Virus record (IMG/VR): IMGVR_UViG_3300031993_000020
DNA: 64,000 nucleotides
Source: an uncultured virus (IMG/VR IMGVR_UViG_3300031993_000020)
Lineage: Duplodnaviria; Heunggongvirae; Uroviricota; Caudoviricetes
Reading direction: 5' to 3' (one strand)
Below the pieces are notes generated by a model. The model did not search any database. It was not told where the DNA came from and was given only the letters and a program-made list of their open reading frames with translations. The translations under genes were made by a program, and so were the position numbers. Numbering within the stretch: the stretch's first letter is position 1; each line of letters starts with the position of its first letter. Positions 20,426 through 31,047 of this stretch are shown here, one piece after another.

Positions 20426-21514
20426 TTAGTCGTTCTTAGCTAAGCGCTGATCGGAACGATTCTTAGCTACATTGGCTAATAATTCCAGTTGACTGTAAAT
20501 TTTCTTGCCCTCAGTAGTACGTTCTTCTGCTGCTGCGCAAATGGTTGCCATTAAAATCAGCTGTAACTGATCTTTGCATTGTTTCCAATGCTTCCTAATG
20601 AAATCAGCAATATATTCTTTACGAGTTGAATCAAACTGTAGGGATTTTTCGAGATTAGTGCTCAGCCCAGTAAGCAATTCTTGTTGTCTCGGAGAAGCAT
20701 CATCAAATCCGACTGACTGATTAAATAATTTTAAATTCTCTCTAAATATATCAATGTTGTTAGTATCAGGATTCAGGACAAAATCAACTATAAAGTCTCC
20801 AATTTTATGATGATACAGATCATCAGAAACTAACATTGCGTCTACGAAGGCTTCTAGATTTTCTCTTTCGATTGAATTTTGTTCTACAGCATCGAGAAGC
20901 TTATGATAATGCTTCATAAAATGGTCATTGGCATGGGGATCGAATACGGTCTGTTGTTTAGGATTTTTATTGTAATCATCAACGCTCTTCTCTAATTCTT
21001 TATCCACTTTTTGTAATTCAGCGTCGTGTGCTCGTTGCTGCTTCTGCCAAGCGACTACCGCATTATATTGAGCATCAGTAAGACGGGCAGGAACTTCAAT
21101 TTCTTTAGGTACAATCATATACTGAGGTGCTTCAGTACTATTCGGGCCATTCTTCAAATGACCTACGCCTACGATAACAAATGTATTCTCGCCTTCACTG
21201 CCTAACCAATTGGCGACAATTTCGAGGTCATAGCTCTTTAGAAAATCTGTGAGTGCCTGTCGAACTTTTGGTGTATCGTTATTGGAAACATTCTTCTCTT
21301 TGAGAAACTTTAATATGATACTCTTATTCTTTGTGACGAATTCGACGTTTGTCATTTTCCCAGAACCTTCAAGAGCGAGGTCCCGACATATATTTAAAAG
21401 CTTAACTTCAGTCTCGGATAAATTAGAATGATTAACCAAAGTTTTATCTTCCTTAGAAGCAGATTCTTTCTCATCTGCAAAATATTTTCGTGCAATGCTA
21501 CTAAAATTTCTCAT
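20426..21514 (-). CDS. Hypothetical protein with leader MRNFSSIARKYFADE
   Basis: GGAGG RBS before ATG 21514. Confidence 0.6.
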   Translation of the reverse strand: MRNFSSIARKYFADEKESASKEDKTLVNHSNLSETEVKLLNICRDLALEGSGKMTNVEFVTKNKSIILKFLKEKNVSNNDTPKVRQALTDFLKSYDLEIVANWLGSEGENTFVIVGVGHLKNGPNSTEAPQYMIVPKEIEVPARLTDAQYNAVVAWQKQQRAHDAELQKVDKELEKSVDDYNKNPKQQTVFDPHANDHFMKHYHKLLDAVEQNSIERENLEAFVDAMLVSDDLYHHKIGDFIVDFVLNPDTNNIDIFRENLKLFNQSVGFDDASPRQQELLTGLSTNLEKSLQFDSTRKEYIADFIRKHWKQCKDQLQLILMATICAAAEERTTEGKKIYSQLELLANVAKNRSDQRLAKND

Positions 21515-22433
21515 TAAGATTTCCTCCAATAATTGAGTCATTCCAAGCGCCTGATAATCCATCAAGTCGCAATCTTACTACAGCTTGTACTCCAGAACTC
21601 AGTTCTGTCGTTTCATCAATATCAGGGTTGTATACGGTTATACCTTCGCGATTTACACCTTCGTGTGGTAACTCGTCGATGGAACCGAATTGACCTTGTT
21701 CAATATAACTTAGTGCTTTTTCATACGCCTTAATGATAAAGCTATTATCGAAGGCGAATTTCAACAGGTTCTCTCTAGCAGCATATAGACGATACCCAAC
21801 AAGTTCTAGATATACGTTATTATCTATATACTGTTTACCATTCTTATTGTCGTACAACCCGACTAAGAATTCTAGAGAGTCTATTCCCCGGATATGTACG
21901 AAGTCTTGCGGATCAAGCATTGTTTTATCATAATCAATTTCTTGACCGGAGATAGCATTCAGTAAAATTGATTCCATGTGCTTCATCGCCCAAGGAGCGA
22001 ATTTAGCGTAGTCGGGAATTTTTCTCCGAATGTTATTAATCTGTTCATAAAACTTCTGTGCAAACAATCCATAGTCAAACTGCTTGCCCATGTCTTCACT
22101 CGGATAATCACCCCCGAGGAATATGCCCACCCCTTTATAGTCATTATCAGTATCAAAACCGAGAAAGACAGGAACAGGTTCTTCATCATTCTTTTGAATT
22201 TTAAAATATAAAGCTGATTTACCGTATAACGCATGTGAACGATCATCTAAACTGTAGTAATATCTGGCTAAGCCATTATAAATAAGTTCTGATTTGAAAT
22301 TACCAGAACGAAGAAACCAGTGTTCTTCTACTTCTGATTTCTTTGCTTTAAGAATTTTGTAAGTAGCATTCTCGTCTACTGAAAAATTCTTTGATGAATA
22401 ATACCAAAGAATTCGTGGATCCAATTCTGCCAT
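21501..22433 (-). CDS. Hypothetical protein (leader ends KNFS)
   Basis: ORF with GAGGTG RBS, coupled to its neighbours. Confidence 0.6.
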   Translation of the reverse strand: MAELDPRILWYYSSKNFSVDENATYKILKAKKSEVEEHWFLRSGNFKSELIYNGLARYYYSLDDRSHALYGKSALYFKIQKNDEEPVPVFLGFDTDNDYKGVGIFLGGDYPSEDMGKQFDYGLFAQKFYEQINNIRRKIPDYAKFAPWAMKHMESILLNAISGQEIDYDKTMLDPQDFVHIRGIDSLEFLVGLYDNKNGKQYIDNNVYLELVGYRLYAARENLLKFAFDNSFIIKAYEKALSYIEQGQFGSIDELPHEGVNREGITVYNPDIDETTELSSGVQAVVRLRLDGLSGAWNDSIIGGNLNEKF

Positions 22434-22434
22434 C

Positions 22435-23286
22435 TCACACCTCAAAGAAATGTCTCAGATAAGAAAAATTCTTAGGCTCAGCCTTTTCAGATTCTTCTCC
22501 GCCCTCTTCAGAAGTTTCTTCTTCACCTTCCTCAGAGAACATATCTTCGTCCATCCAAGAATCTTCGCCCATGTCCTCTTCTTCTGTCTCTTCTACTTCC
22601 TGACTTTCAATTATACTTTGAGCTTCCTCTTTAACAGTACGATCCTCTTTGGCAAATTCATCGATAATCGGATCAATTGCATAATCACCGGGTTCGTCGC
22701 CGTCCTTGTATTTGATTGATAGTACGGAAGTATTATTAACGGTATATTCAGTACCAAAGGTCTGCTCTTGAACTTTGCAGGAGAACTGACCTTCGATAAC
22801 TGACGGATTAACCAGCCAGAAAATATAGGAATGTCCACCATTATCAGAAAGAGTAAATAACAGTTTCAAGACCTCTTTTGTACGAACTTTAATTTCATCA
22901 TACAGACGTTCGTATAATTTAAGGTCAACCTTATTAATTGTCCAATCTTTGCGAGTAGCTACAGAGGAACAAATCTTCCAGAGCGTTACCAAGTCTTGAA
23001 CACCATCGACAACAAGCAATTTGTCCTCGTCATTATCGATCTTTAACTCTTTATAGAAAGACTCTGGAAATTCCCAGTCAATTTCACCAATATGGGCTAA
23101 CTGCGTTTTATCAAGAAGAGGAGTTATATCCAACATCGGAGAATTTTCGTTCTCCTTCTTCTCCTGATCGCCCTGTTTTGACTGCGAAGTATTTTCTGCA
23201 GATTGTGCATTTTCCTGTTTTATAAAACCATCATCGTCGGTAACAGCAAAACAACGACGTGCAATATGTAAAAATTTATTGGGCAT
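22435..23286 (-). CDS. Hypothetical acidic protein with leader MPNKFLHIARRCFA
   Basis: Probable start 23286 after GAGG; acidic C-terminus ending KNFSYLRHFFEV. Confidence 0.6.
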   Translation of the reverse strand: MPNKFLHIARRCFAVTDDDGFIKQENAQSAENTSQSKQGDQEKKENENSPMLDITPLLDKTQLAHIGEIDWEFPESFYKELKIDNDEDKLLVVDGVQDLVTLWKICSSVATRKDWTINKVDLKLYERLYDEIKVRTKEVLKLLFTLSDNGGHSYIFWLVNPSVIEGQFSCKVQEQTFGTEYTVNNTSVLSIKYKDGDEPGDYAIDPIIDEFAKEDRTVKEEAQSIIESQEVEETEEEDMGEDSWMDEDMFSEEGEEETSEEGGEESEKAEPKNFSYLRHFFEV

Positions 23287-23626
23287 TTTTAGCCTCTGCT
23301 TTCTTTCCTTTAGCCGGACTCTTTGTAGCGACGATCTTATCAATAAAATGTCCGACAGCATTCGGAACCGCCTGAGCAAGAATATCCCAAGCGAGCTGTG
23401 ATATAGAAATAGAAATCGCAATCAAGTCTGCCAACACGGTAACTGTTGGAGACACTAAATTAGTATTGAGTATACAGAGAACAATCGTAACAATCAAAGA
23501 GGCAAAAGTTGTAACTTTGCCCCGTTTGCTCTTAGTAAAGTTCTTTATTAGTTGAACGATGCCAACATCAGCCATACCGATAAAAACGGCAAGTTCCAGA
23601 ATATAAATCATGTCTACACTATTCAT
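23276..23626 (-). CDS. Holin-like small membrane protein
   Basis: 116 aa, three hydrophobic segments, basic C-terminus. Confidence 0.5.
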   Translation of the reverse strand: MNSVDMIYILELAVFIGMADVGIVQLIKNFTKSKRGKVTTFASLIVTIVLCILNTNLVSPTVTVLADLIAISISISQLAWDILAQAVPNAVGHFIDKIVATKSPAKGKKAEAKNAQ

Positions 23627-24258
23627 GCAAAACTCACCCCGCTATCCTTGATGTTGGCTTCAGTAATATTCAAATAGGAATAAACTTCATTCAAAATAAA
23701 ATTGAAGAAGTTCTTATAAGCGTCTACAGCTGTGCTCGTCGTGGAAAACACATAGTCATTATTTGCTGAAAGAGTTAATTTACTTCCATCAGCAGTCACA
23801 GTCCACGGAGCGACCATTGTTTTGGAATTAAAGATCTGCCCAGTCACAAAAAGAGGATCTGTACTCGTCTGTAAGGTTCTCATAAAAAGGTCTTCCTTAG
23901 CAGACACGAACGAAGGCTCTTTTTGAATCTTGGAAACTTCACGGATAATTCCATTAAGCATAGAAATAAACATCTGCGAAGCCATAATCTGACTCTCAAC
24001 AGATTTCGTGGAGAGGTAAGAGAGGAAAATTGGGTACTTCGTCTCTCTTACCCCAGCACTTTTTGCTACTCCATTTACGATATTGCCTTTGAAATAAGTA
24101 TTCAATGCAGTAATAGTATCGTAGATAAGCTTCCGCTTAGTATCAGTTAAGATAAGCGCTGCAGAAGCAAGTATCTTCGCTTCAACCGGAGAAGGATCCC
24201 CCTCCTCACTAAAGTATCTTTTCGCAATTCTAGCGAAATTAATAAGTTTTGTGTTCAT
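23623..24258 (-). CDS. Hypothetical protein with leader MNTKLINFARIAKRYFSEE
   Basis: ORF with AGGAG RBS. Confidence 0.65.
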   Translation of the reverse strand: MNTKLINFARIAKRYFSEEGDPSPVEAKILASAALILTDTKRKLIYDTITALNTYFKGNIVNGVAKSAGVRETKYPIFLSYLSTKSVESQIMASQMFISMLNGIIREVSKIQKEPSFVSAKEDLFMRTLQTSTDPLFVTGQIFNSKTMVAPWTVTADGSKLTLSANNDYVFSTTSTAVDAYKNFFNFILNEVYSYLNITEANIKDSGVSFA

Positions 24259-24290
24259 GAAGAGGGTCTCCTTTTTTTGACTAGTATAAG

Positions 24291-24362
24291 CGTTTACTTG
24301 AACAGGTACGAAAAGACGTCAACAAACTTGAGATTATCAAGGAATTAAAAGACCAATCAAGA
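24291..24362. repeat. Inverted copy (60/72 identity) of 33701-33772, a coding segment of the 877-aa gene
   Basis: Direct base-by-base alignment; all 12 differences are transitions. Confidence 0.9.
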
Positions 24363-24896
24363 TAGTTCTTCACACCAGTCGGGAATGCTATCTGTATTAC
24401 TATCGGAACTGCTCTGACGTTTACCATTACGAGAAAAAACTTCCGCAAACTTAACACAAATAGGTCCAGCAATTTCTTGCGCCTCTTTTGACTTAAAAAA
24501 TGCAGAGAGGTCCAAAATATAGCCCATTGCAACAGCCCAAATTATAAACATCCATACTACTAGTCGGTTACCTATTCTTAGCCCACATACAGCATTAAGA
24601 TACTGACAAAACGGAATTATATGTTTTATCAAACGTTTCGCAACTGTTTCTGGATCTTCGGAATTTGCAGCATAATTAGCTCGTACATATAACTCCATAA
24701 GATCTTCATTTGTCTCAAGATTCAAGTATTCTAGAAAGTATTTTGGTTCTATAATTCTCGGAATCAGCCACTTATTAGGATCTGTTGCTATAATCTGATC
24801 AAGCGGTTTACTCCCCTCATTCTGAGTGGGTTGAAGATTATCCTCACTAAAATACTTCCGAGCTATTCTAGCGAAATTTATAAGTTTTGTGTTCAT
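24357..24896 (-). CDS. Hypothetical protein with leader MNTKLINFARIARKYFSED
   Basis: ORF with AGGAG RBS; leader DNA nearly identical to that of 23623..24258. Confidence 0.65.
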   Translation of the reverse strand: MNTKLINFARIARKYFSEDNLQPTQNEGSKPLDQIIATDPNKWLIPRIIEPKYFLEYLNLETNEDLMELYVRANYAANSEDPETVAKRLIKHIIPFCQYLNAVCGLRIGNRLVVWMFIIWAVAMGYILDLSAFFKSKEAQEIAGPICVKFAEVFSRNGKRQSSSDSNTDSIPDWCEELS

Positions 24897-24923
24897 AAGA
24901 AGAGTCTCCTTAAAAAAAATGGA

Positions 24924-25907
24924 TTAGCCTACAATAGCCGTTTTAGCTACATCCCAAGTAGTCCCGAGACTGTCTTTTATGTTTTCAAGAAATTGCTTAA
25001 ACATTACGCCAGCGGTTGCTTCTGACCAGAATTGACTATCAGGAAATTTTTTAAGATAGTCGGCCCAAGCTTTTTCCCAACGATAACCACGATCAGCATA
25101 CCGTTTGAGGTAGTCTCGTTCGATTTGACCCACACTATTAATCCTTGAACCGATAGTACTCATTAGTCCAAAATTCGCCTTACCGCTTTGTCCACCGTTA
25201 CGACGAGAGAAGTTTTTAAAAACTTTTCCGAGAAGTTTCTTAGCTTCTTTGTCAGTAAGTTGCATACCTTTATTAAATTTTGAAGCGAGGCTACTCATAT
25301 CTTCGTCACTACTGCTTTCAAAAGCAACCGCAGCACCTTGGGCTCTAGCCATATGAAGAGCATCGGCACTGCCACAAACAGATTTTACCGCAGCAATCTG
25401 ATTCTTGCTTTTTTCTTCTTCCGTTAATTTAGCAAAATTCCGAGCATAACGACGGGTGTACCGGGAAAAATGTTGTTCTTTTGCTGAAGCGACAGTCTTG
25501 CTGTTTGCTAAAACTTCCTTAAACTTATCTTGTATCTTTGCCCAACGATCGCCATCTATTTGCGAAGCCCCTGCAGTAAAGGCAGCTCCTAAAGCATAAA
25601 GAGCTTTAGGACTCTTGTCTGGACTCGCTTCTGCTTTCTTGCAATATTTTAGAACAATAGGGTCTTTTGAGACACAGAACTTCTTCCAAGTTGAGATAAA
25701 TTCATCATCAGAAGGTAGTTCTCCAGCCCCACCATAAACTATTCCGTAAATATATGCACCTTTTTGAGCATCAGACAACGGTGAAATATTTTCAAAATTC
25801 CGTCTATTCGAGAAATTCCGTTTCTTCACGACGGTTTTCCGACTGAAACCATCAGCGTTCTCTTTGAAAAACTTCTGAGCGTAAAAATTAGTTACAGATT
25901 GATTCAT
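24924..25907 (-). CDS. Hypothetical basic protein with repeated RNFS/RNFA motifs
   Basis: 327-aa ORF with AGGAG RBS; leader MNQSVTNFYA resembles that of 31777..32793. Confidence 0.6.
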   Translation of the reverse strand: MNQSVTNFYAQKFFKENADGFSRKTVVKKRNFSNRRNFENISPLSDAQKGAYIYGIVYGGAGELPSDDEFISTWKKFCVSKDPIVLKYCKKAEASPDKSPKALYALGAAFTAGASQIDGDRWAKIQDKFKEVLANSKTVASAKEQHFSRYTRRYARNFAKLTEEEKSKNQIAAVKSVCGSADALHMARAQGAAVAFESSSDEDMSSLASKFNKGMQLTDKEAKKLLGKVFKNFSRRNGGQSGKANFGLMSTIGSRINSVGQIERDYLKRYADRGYRWEKAWADYLKKFPDSQFWSEATAGVMFKQFLENIKDSLGTTWDVAKTAIVG

Positions 25908-25951
25908 AATATAGTCTCCTTTTGCGGTCCCCTCGGGACTCTATTTTTTTA

Positions 25952-26713
25952 TTAAGCACAAACCACTTTTTCCGGTGGTGTATATCCGGGAAATTGCTTC
26001 CAGAGTTTCTTATCAATACCACCGGGATTCATTTTAAGTTTCGGGCCGTTATTCTTTTGTAGTTCCGCTTTAATTCTGTCCTTTAATTCGTTCTTAAAAT
26101 CTTCTACCCAGGGCATCTGCCTGGCAACCAAAGGAAGCATATCGTAAGCTGAATCTAAAGCGGACGGCCCAGCATCAATTAAAGTTGGCTCTCCTTCTGA
26201 CTTCTCTCTAAAAAATTCGCCAAAGCAGAAGTCATCCGTTATTTTAGGGCTCTTGGGAGGAGTGAATAACCAGGGATTGTTCTTCTTTGCTCCCATCCAG
26301 ATGAGGGAGTAAACGCCAACATAGAGCGCAGTCTCAGCTACTGTCGCATCAGGATACGTCTGTAAAAACCGACGTGGCTCCATAATATAAGGTAGACCCT
26401 CCAGAAGTTTTAAGCGAGGGTCGTTTGCAAAATTAGCATTCCGTCTATCAAATTCTTTCGGTATTAAATAATACTCTTCTACTAAATCTTCTGCCATGTA
26501 CTGCGGAATGTTTAAAATGTCTGCTACATCGTCAGGATCATCTATCCCCTGGTCACAGAGATTCCTAACTCTTAAATATTGATGAAGAATGTATTTTAAA
26601 TTGTTCTTCTCCATCTCTTTTTGAACTTGTTCAATCGGCAGATAACGATCGATAGTATTTCTGTACTCTTTGTAGAGATCCTTCTTCATTAGTACACCAG
26701 AGTAAGAACTCAT
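25952..26713 (-). CDS. Hypothetical protein
   Basis: 253-aa ORF coupled to the terminase stop. Confidence 0.55.
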   Translation of the reverse strand: MSSYSGVLMKKDLYKEYRNTIDRYLPIEQVQKEMEKNNLKYILHQYLRVRNLCDQGIDDPDDVADILNIPQYMAEDLVEEYYLIPKEFDRRNANFANDPRLKLLEGLPYIMEPRRFLQTYPDATVAETALYVGVYSLIWMGAKKNNPWLFTPPKSPKITDDFCFGEFFREKSEGEPTLIDAGPSALDSAYDMLPLVARQMPWVEDFKNELKDRIKAELQKNNGPKLKMNPGGIDKKLWKQFPGYTPPEKVVCA

Positions 26714-28551
26714 CGCCTAATCCTCCCCGCCGTCGGCATCCTGCACTGCTTCGAATATTGCCTCAAATATTTCTGCTCTGTCCGGTATTGCTCCATATTC
26801 TTAATAGCATCCATCCAGTAATTATTGTGATATTCAGAGTTTTCCAGAGGAACATCTAAAGAGTCCCCGAGATTCGCTCTAATCATTGCAAAACAACGTA
26901 CAACAGCATCACACTGGTCTTTTGCATTAACTGAATCAGTTGATGTCTTTCCGTTGTCTACTGCTTCCATATCTGAATGGTCTACCTTGTTCCCGTCCAT
27001 CAATTTGAGACATTTGAACTCACGATACAATCTTATATTGTTCGGTAGTTCTATCTTCCCTTCGCACAATGCATGTTTAAAATCTAAATAGTGCTTGTCT
27101 TTTTCAACTGAGAGATATCTCGTTTTAATTCCTATCATCTTCAGTTCTTGCGTTAATTGCTCCGTCTGAAAGTTATCGTAACAAACTGTATGTATCGGAT
27201 GCTTTTCATTTAATGTATACAAGAAATTACGTACCTTTGAAATGTTTGTTACCTGTCCCTTCTTTCGAGACAAGCCAAACACTATAGGAAATTTCACATA
27301 CAGATCCTGTACTTCTTTTTCATTTAAATTGTTCTCAATCGGAGCGTAAGATACAGAGTCGGCATAGCCAATCGCTATACCATACTCATCTGTTGCGTAA
27401 CCACAGTCAAGTCCCACGAATATATACTTATCATCAGGAAGATACGAGTCTATCGTCTCCCTCATACCTTCAATATCAATTACTTGACTATCATCATAAA
27501 AATCGACAACTTCAGTGTCTTGAATAAGCTGCGGAATTGTAAAGTAATCTTTAATCTGTGGTTCCGGAAAGAACATACCACCAGATATAAGAGCTAATCC
27601 CGCTTTCTCTTGTAATGCCAGATTAACATCAGTCGTAAACTCGTTATAAAGTTCCATGGGAACTTCCAAAATACGATTCTCATCATATCCGGAAATATCT
27701 TCACCTTCCTGAAGAATATGTGGACTTACAACTGAGTCTCCACCATAGACTTGGAACGATTTCGGATTCTTATGCCAGAATTCCCACGGCTTCACTGACC
27801 AGATGTTCGGCTGAACGAGAAAAACTTCTTTGCTGTAAGCTGATTTGTGCGTAAACCGTTCTGTCGGAGAATCAACTGTCGTATCAGAACAGTCGAGAAT
27901 AAAATGACAGAACAGACCGAGTCCTCGTCTAAAACGACCCTGCATACGAGAAAGAGCAGAATTAATTAAATTGTCTGCATCTTTATGAACGTTAATTTCT
28001 GATAACCAGACAACAGCAGCATCAGTAGAAACGATAGATTTAACGTCATACGCGGGGTCAATCTGGATGTTATCATTAAACTGTCCAGATTTCTTTAAAT
28101 CCTGAATAAATGGAGACTGATTAATTAAATTATTAACGGTATCAATAAATTCGATCGCCTTATATTTAAAAATCGAAGCACCGAACAACTTAATACCGTT
28201 CAAATTTAACAGTCTAAAAAACGCACCCGGATTTTTCATAGACAGAAGTTTTATGTAATCATACATTAATACAATCTGAGAAAATGTACTCTTTCCACAA
28301 CCGATACAACCGGTAACAACTACATAGCTGCTAGCTGTAGTTATAGGATTAGGATACAACTCTACTAACTTCTGTCTCCAATAAGGATATACGCCAGACC
28401 GACCAAGGTCACTATCCCAGTATTTCCAGCCCATATAATAAGCGTCATCTATAAAAGTAAGAATATCGGGAACTTCAAACCTGAAACCAATCTCCTCAGA
28501 TAACACTTGAAGTAGCTGGTCATTAGAATAATTAGATAAATCGGCTGGCAT
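26710..28551 (-). CDS. terL: Terminase large subunit
   Basis: N-terminal ATPase (YPYW, Walker A GCIGCGKS, WLSE) and C-terminal RNase H-like nuclease (FVGLDCG, YDNFQ, KDQCDA). Confidence 0.85.
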   Translation of the reverse strand: MPADLSNYSNDQLLQVLSEEIGFRFEVPDILTFIDDAYYMGWKYWDSDLGRSGVYPYWRQKLVELYPNPITTASSYVVVTGCIGCGKSTFSQIVLMYDYIKLLSMKNPGAFFRLLNLNGIKLFGASIFKYKAIEFIDTVNNLINQSPFIQDLKKSGQFNDNIQIDPAYDVKSIVSTDAAVVWLSEINVHKDADNLINSALSRMQGRFRRGLGLFCHFILDCSDTTVDSPTERFTHKSAYSKEVFLVQPNIWSVKPWEFWHKNPKSFQVYGGDSVVSPHILQEGEDISGYDENRILEVPMELYNEFTTDVNLALQEKAGLALISGGMFFPEPQIKDYFTIPQLIQDTEVVDFYDDSQVIDIEGMRETIDSYLPDDKYIFVGLDCGYATDEYGIAIGYADSVSYAPIENNLNEKEVQDLYVKFPIVFGLSRKKGQVTNISKVRNFLYTLNEKHPIHTVCYDNFQTEQLTQELKMIGIKTRYLSVEKDKHYLDFKHALCEGKIELPNNIRLYREFKCLKLMDGNKVDHSDMEAVDNGKTSTDSVNAKDQCDAVVRCFAMIRANLGDSLDVPLENSEYHNNYWMDAIKNMEQYRTEQKYLRQYSKQCRMPTAGRIRR

Positions 28552-28583
28552 ACTTCACCTCATTGCTTGTTTGTTTGGTTTGT

Positions 28584-29345
28584 TCATTTTAATTCTAGGA
28601 CATCTTTTGCATCTATAGAACCAAGAAATTCATTGAGCTTTTGTTCTATATCTTTATCAGTTAAGTCGCAGATCACTAGTTCTCTTGCATTGCTATCGCT
28701 GGTATGTGCAGCAAGTTCATTACTAGCAAAGTAAAATGTTAAATATAAATTAGCACTATTACTGATAGGTGTAACCAGTTGAATACAAAAGACGGCCTCA
28801 TAGAGTTCACCGGGTTTGGCTTTCTTAAGCCACTGAATAATTTCAGGATAAAGTGCAGCTTCTTCGATCTTGCGGTCAAGCGCATTAAAAATGCTATCTT
28901 TGGGATTTTTTTCGTTAGGATAGCCATTACGAATTTTATCTACCAGAAATCTTATACCAGAACGAGAGGTAGCTGGTTTTAGATAAAGATAATATTTAGA
29001 TTGTTCTACTGAAGCTGGCTTGAGTTTTTGAAGTTGTTGTTCTGCTGCTTCTAAAGTTCTCCAAAGAGTCGCTGCTGCATTTTCTGCATCCCGATGCCAG
29101 TAAATCTCACTATTTCCTTTGAGATTTCTACTGATGAATTGCATGTCTTTGGCTTTGAAAAAGTCATCAGTATCATTTTCTAAACGATCTAAAACTGCGT
29201 AAGAAGGAAACTCCTCTAACTCGTGATTAGGTAGAACTTTTAACAATCCAAGATATTTTTTTCGGCACTCCAGTGCGATATAGAGACACTTTTTCCAGAT
29301 AGGCTCATCTTCCTTACCTAAATATTCTACATTAAATGTTGCCAT
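28584..29345 (-). CDS. Hypothetical protein
   Basis: 253-aa ORF with AGGAG RBS between portal and terminase. Confidence 0.6.
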   Translation of the reverse strand: MATFNVEYLGKEDEPIWKKCLYIALECRKKYLGLLKVLPNHELEEFPSYAVLDRLENDTDDFFKAKDMQFISRNLKGNSEIYWHRDAENAAATLWRTLEAAEQQLQKLKPASVEQSKYYLYLKPATSRSGIRFLVDKIRNGYPNEKNPKDSIFNALDRKIEEAALYPEIIQWLKKAKPGELYEAVFCIQLVTPISNSANLYLTFYFASNELAAHTSDSNARELVICDLTDKDIEQKLNEFLGSIDAKDVLELK

Positions 29346-29358
29346 TATTTAACTCTCC

Positions 29359-31044
29359 TTACCAGTCACTGAAAGCGTCACTCGCTTCCTCTGAACTCAT
29401 CTCTTCTGATTCTGGTTCCTCTTCAGCCCAGGCATCTTCTCCGGAACTTTCAGAACTACCCTCGTTGGACGATCCCGATCCGCTCTCATTGTTACCGGCG
29501 ATGACATCATAATTAATCAGACCTTTCAGATCTGCGTCGGCATTCTCGAGCTCGTTCTGTAAGTATTTTAGAAACTCACCTTTATTAATTGCATCGTTGT
29601 TCATAATGTTGGTCGCTGCTTCAATAACTGAATTGATCTCATTGAATCTATCAGAAAGAGCAGTAATGTTACTTTTCTGTGCATACGGAGAAATGTACTT
29701 ATTAAGATCAAACTTGTGACTAAAGACACTAATATCATAATATTTAGCGTCTAAGCGGTACATATAAGAAACACAGAATCTACAAATCGAAGCAGAAATC
29801 GTATCTAACATGTGACTCAAAGTATTAGTATACTTCTCATACTTGGAAGAAAGTTCCCAACGATTTCCATTCCCTGTAAAAATCTCTTCGACAATATTAA
29901 GCTCGTTCTGTAACGCCTCTTTTGAAGTTTTGATGTCTTCCATTAGAGCGTCTAACTGCTCTTTAATAGAAGTTAAGTCTAGTTTCTCCAGAGCGGAATA
30001 ATCAGAAATCTGAGGAACAACTCGAATACGATTCACTAATTTGTCCTGAATCTGATTCAGGAGTTCCAGCGGATCTGAATAGGACATAACGACATTGATG
30101 TTATCTTCATTAAGAAGAGCTTCGATGTCATTGACGACGTCCATAACTTTCCTAACATCAACCTTCTGGGAAGCAACAGTCGCTGTAATAATATTACATT
30201 TCAAATAATCTGATAAGGACAACGCCTGAAAGACATACTGTTTAACAAAAAGTCGGAATATATCAGTCAGATGATCCTGAAAGTATCCCTTACCTTTATA
30301 AAGAACAGTATTTACTTCAATAGAACGCAAGAATTCTTTTACCGCTTCAGATTCCTTCTCGCCCGCTGTGTTTCTGATTGCATGAATATTCAAATCAGAT
30401 TCAATATCATCAGTCAGAGTTTTGTAATTAATCTCATCATCTTTAACTGTCTGAGAATGCTTTTCCATCTCAACTTCGGTGAACATGTCTTCTATATCTC
30501 TATCATACCAATAAGCGAAGAGATTATAGAACGGCACCTGTTGATTTTCACCTAATGCTGCGGCTAAGAATCTACCCTTCTTATTAATAAATTGAACCTG
30601 ATATGGATTAATAACTTCAGTTATTTCACGATTTGAGGAGATATTCCCTACATAAACACCGCGTTTAACGAAATCTTTTAAATGCGCAAGAATAAAATCT
30701 TTTAGCTTGTATTCCTCGATTACTTTATTTACGTGCGCCTGCAATTTGTTGTCATTACAGGAAACTCTAAAGTCATCTTTGGAAATAACTTCATAAAGTG
30801 CGTCAGCGTAGATATTAACTAACGCATTAAAGTACGGATAATCATCCAGAATATCATAATAGATATTCGGATCGAGATCCATAGAGTTCGTGTATTCACT
30901 CGTGTGATGTTTTCTGTAAGAACCGGGAGCGTCAATAGAAGAATACATAGAAGTCATTGTTGTATTCATTCTGGAGGCAAGCGAATCCATTACACCATTA
31001 AAAGAGTTCGCCACCCAAGACGAAAAATTAGCTATAATACCCAT
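29359..31044 (-). CDS. Portal protein (probable)
   Basis: About 561 aa, helical. YPYFNALVNIYAD...KDFVKRG pattern resembles portal N-termini; next to terL; acidic tail. Confidence 0.6.
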   Translation of the reverse strand: MGIIANFSSWVANSFNGVMDSLASRMNTTMTSMYSSIDAPGSYRKHHTSEYTNSMDLDPNIYYDILDDYPYFNALVNIYADALYEVISKDDFRVSCNDNKLQAHVNKVIEEYKLKDFILAHLKDFVKRGVYVGNISSNREITEVINPYQVQFINKKGRFLAAALGENQQVPFYNLFAYWYDRDIEDMFTEVEMEKHSQTVKDDEINYKTLTDDIESDLNIHAIRNTAGEKESEAVKEFLRSIEVNTVLYKGKGYFQDHLTDIFRLFVKQYVFQALSLSDYLKCNIITATVASQKVDVRKVMDVVNDIEALLNEDNINVVMSYSDPLELLNQIQDKLVNRIRVVPQISDYSALEKLDLTSIKEQLDALMEDIKTSKEALQNELNIVEEIFTGNGNRWELSSKYEKYTNTLSHMLDTISASICRFCVSYMYRLDAKYYDISVFSHKFDLNKYISPYAQKSNITALSDRFNEINSVIEAATNIMNNDAINKGEFLKYLQNELENADADLKGLINYDVIAGNNESGSGSSNEGSSESSGEDAWAEEEPESEEMSSEEASDAFSDW

Positions 31045-31047
31045 CAA

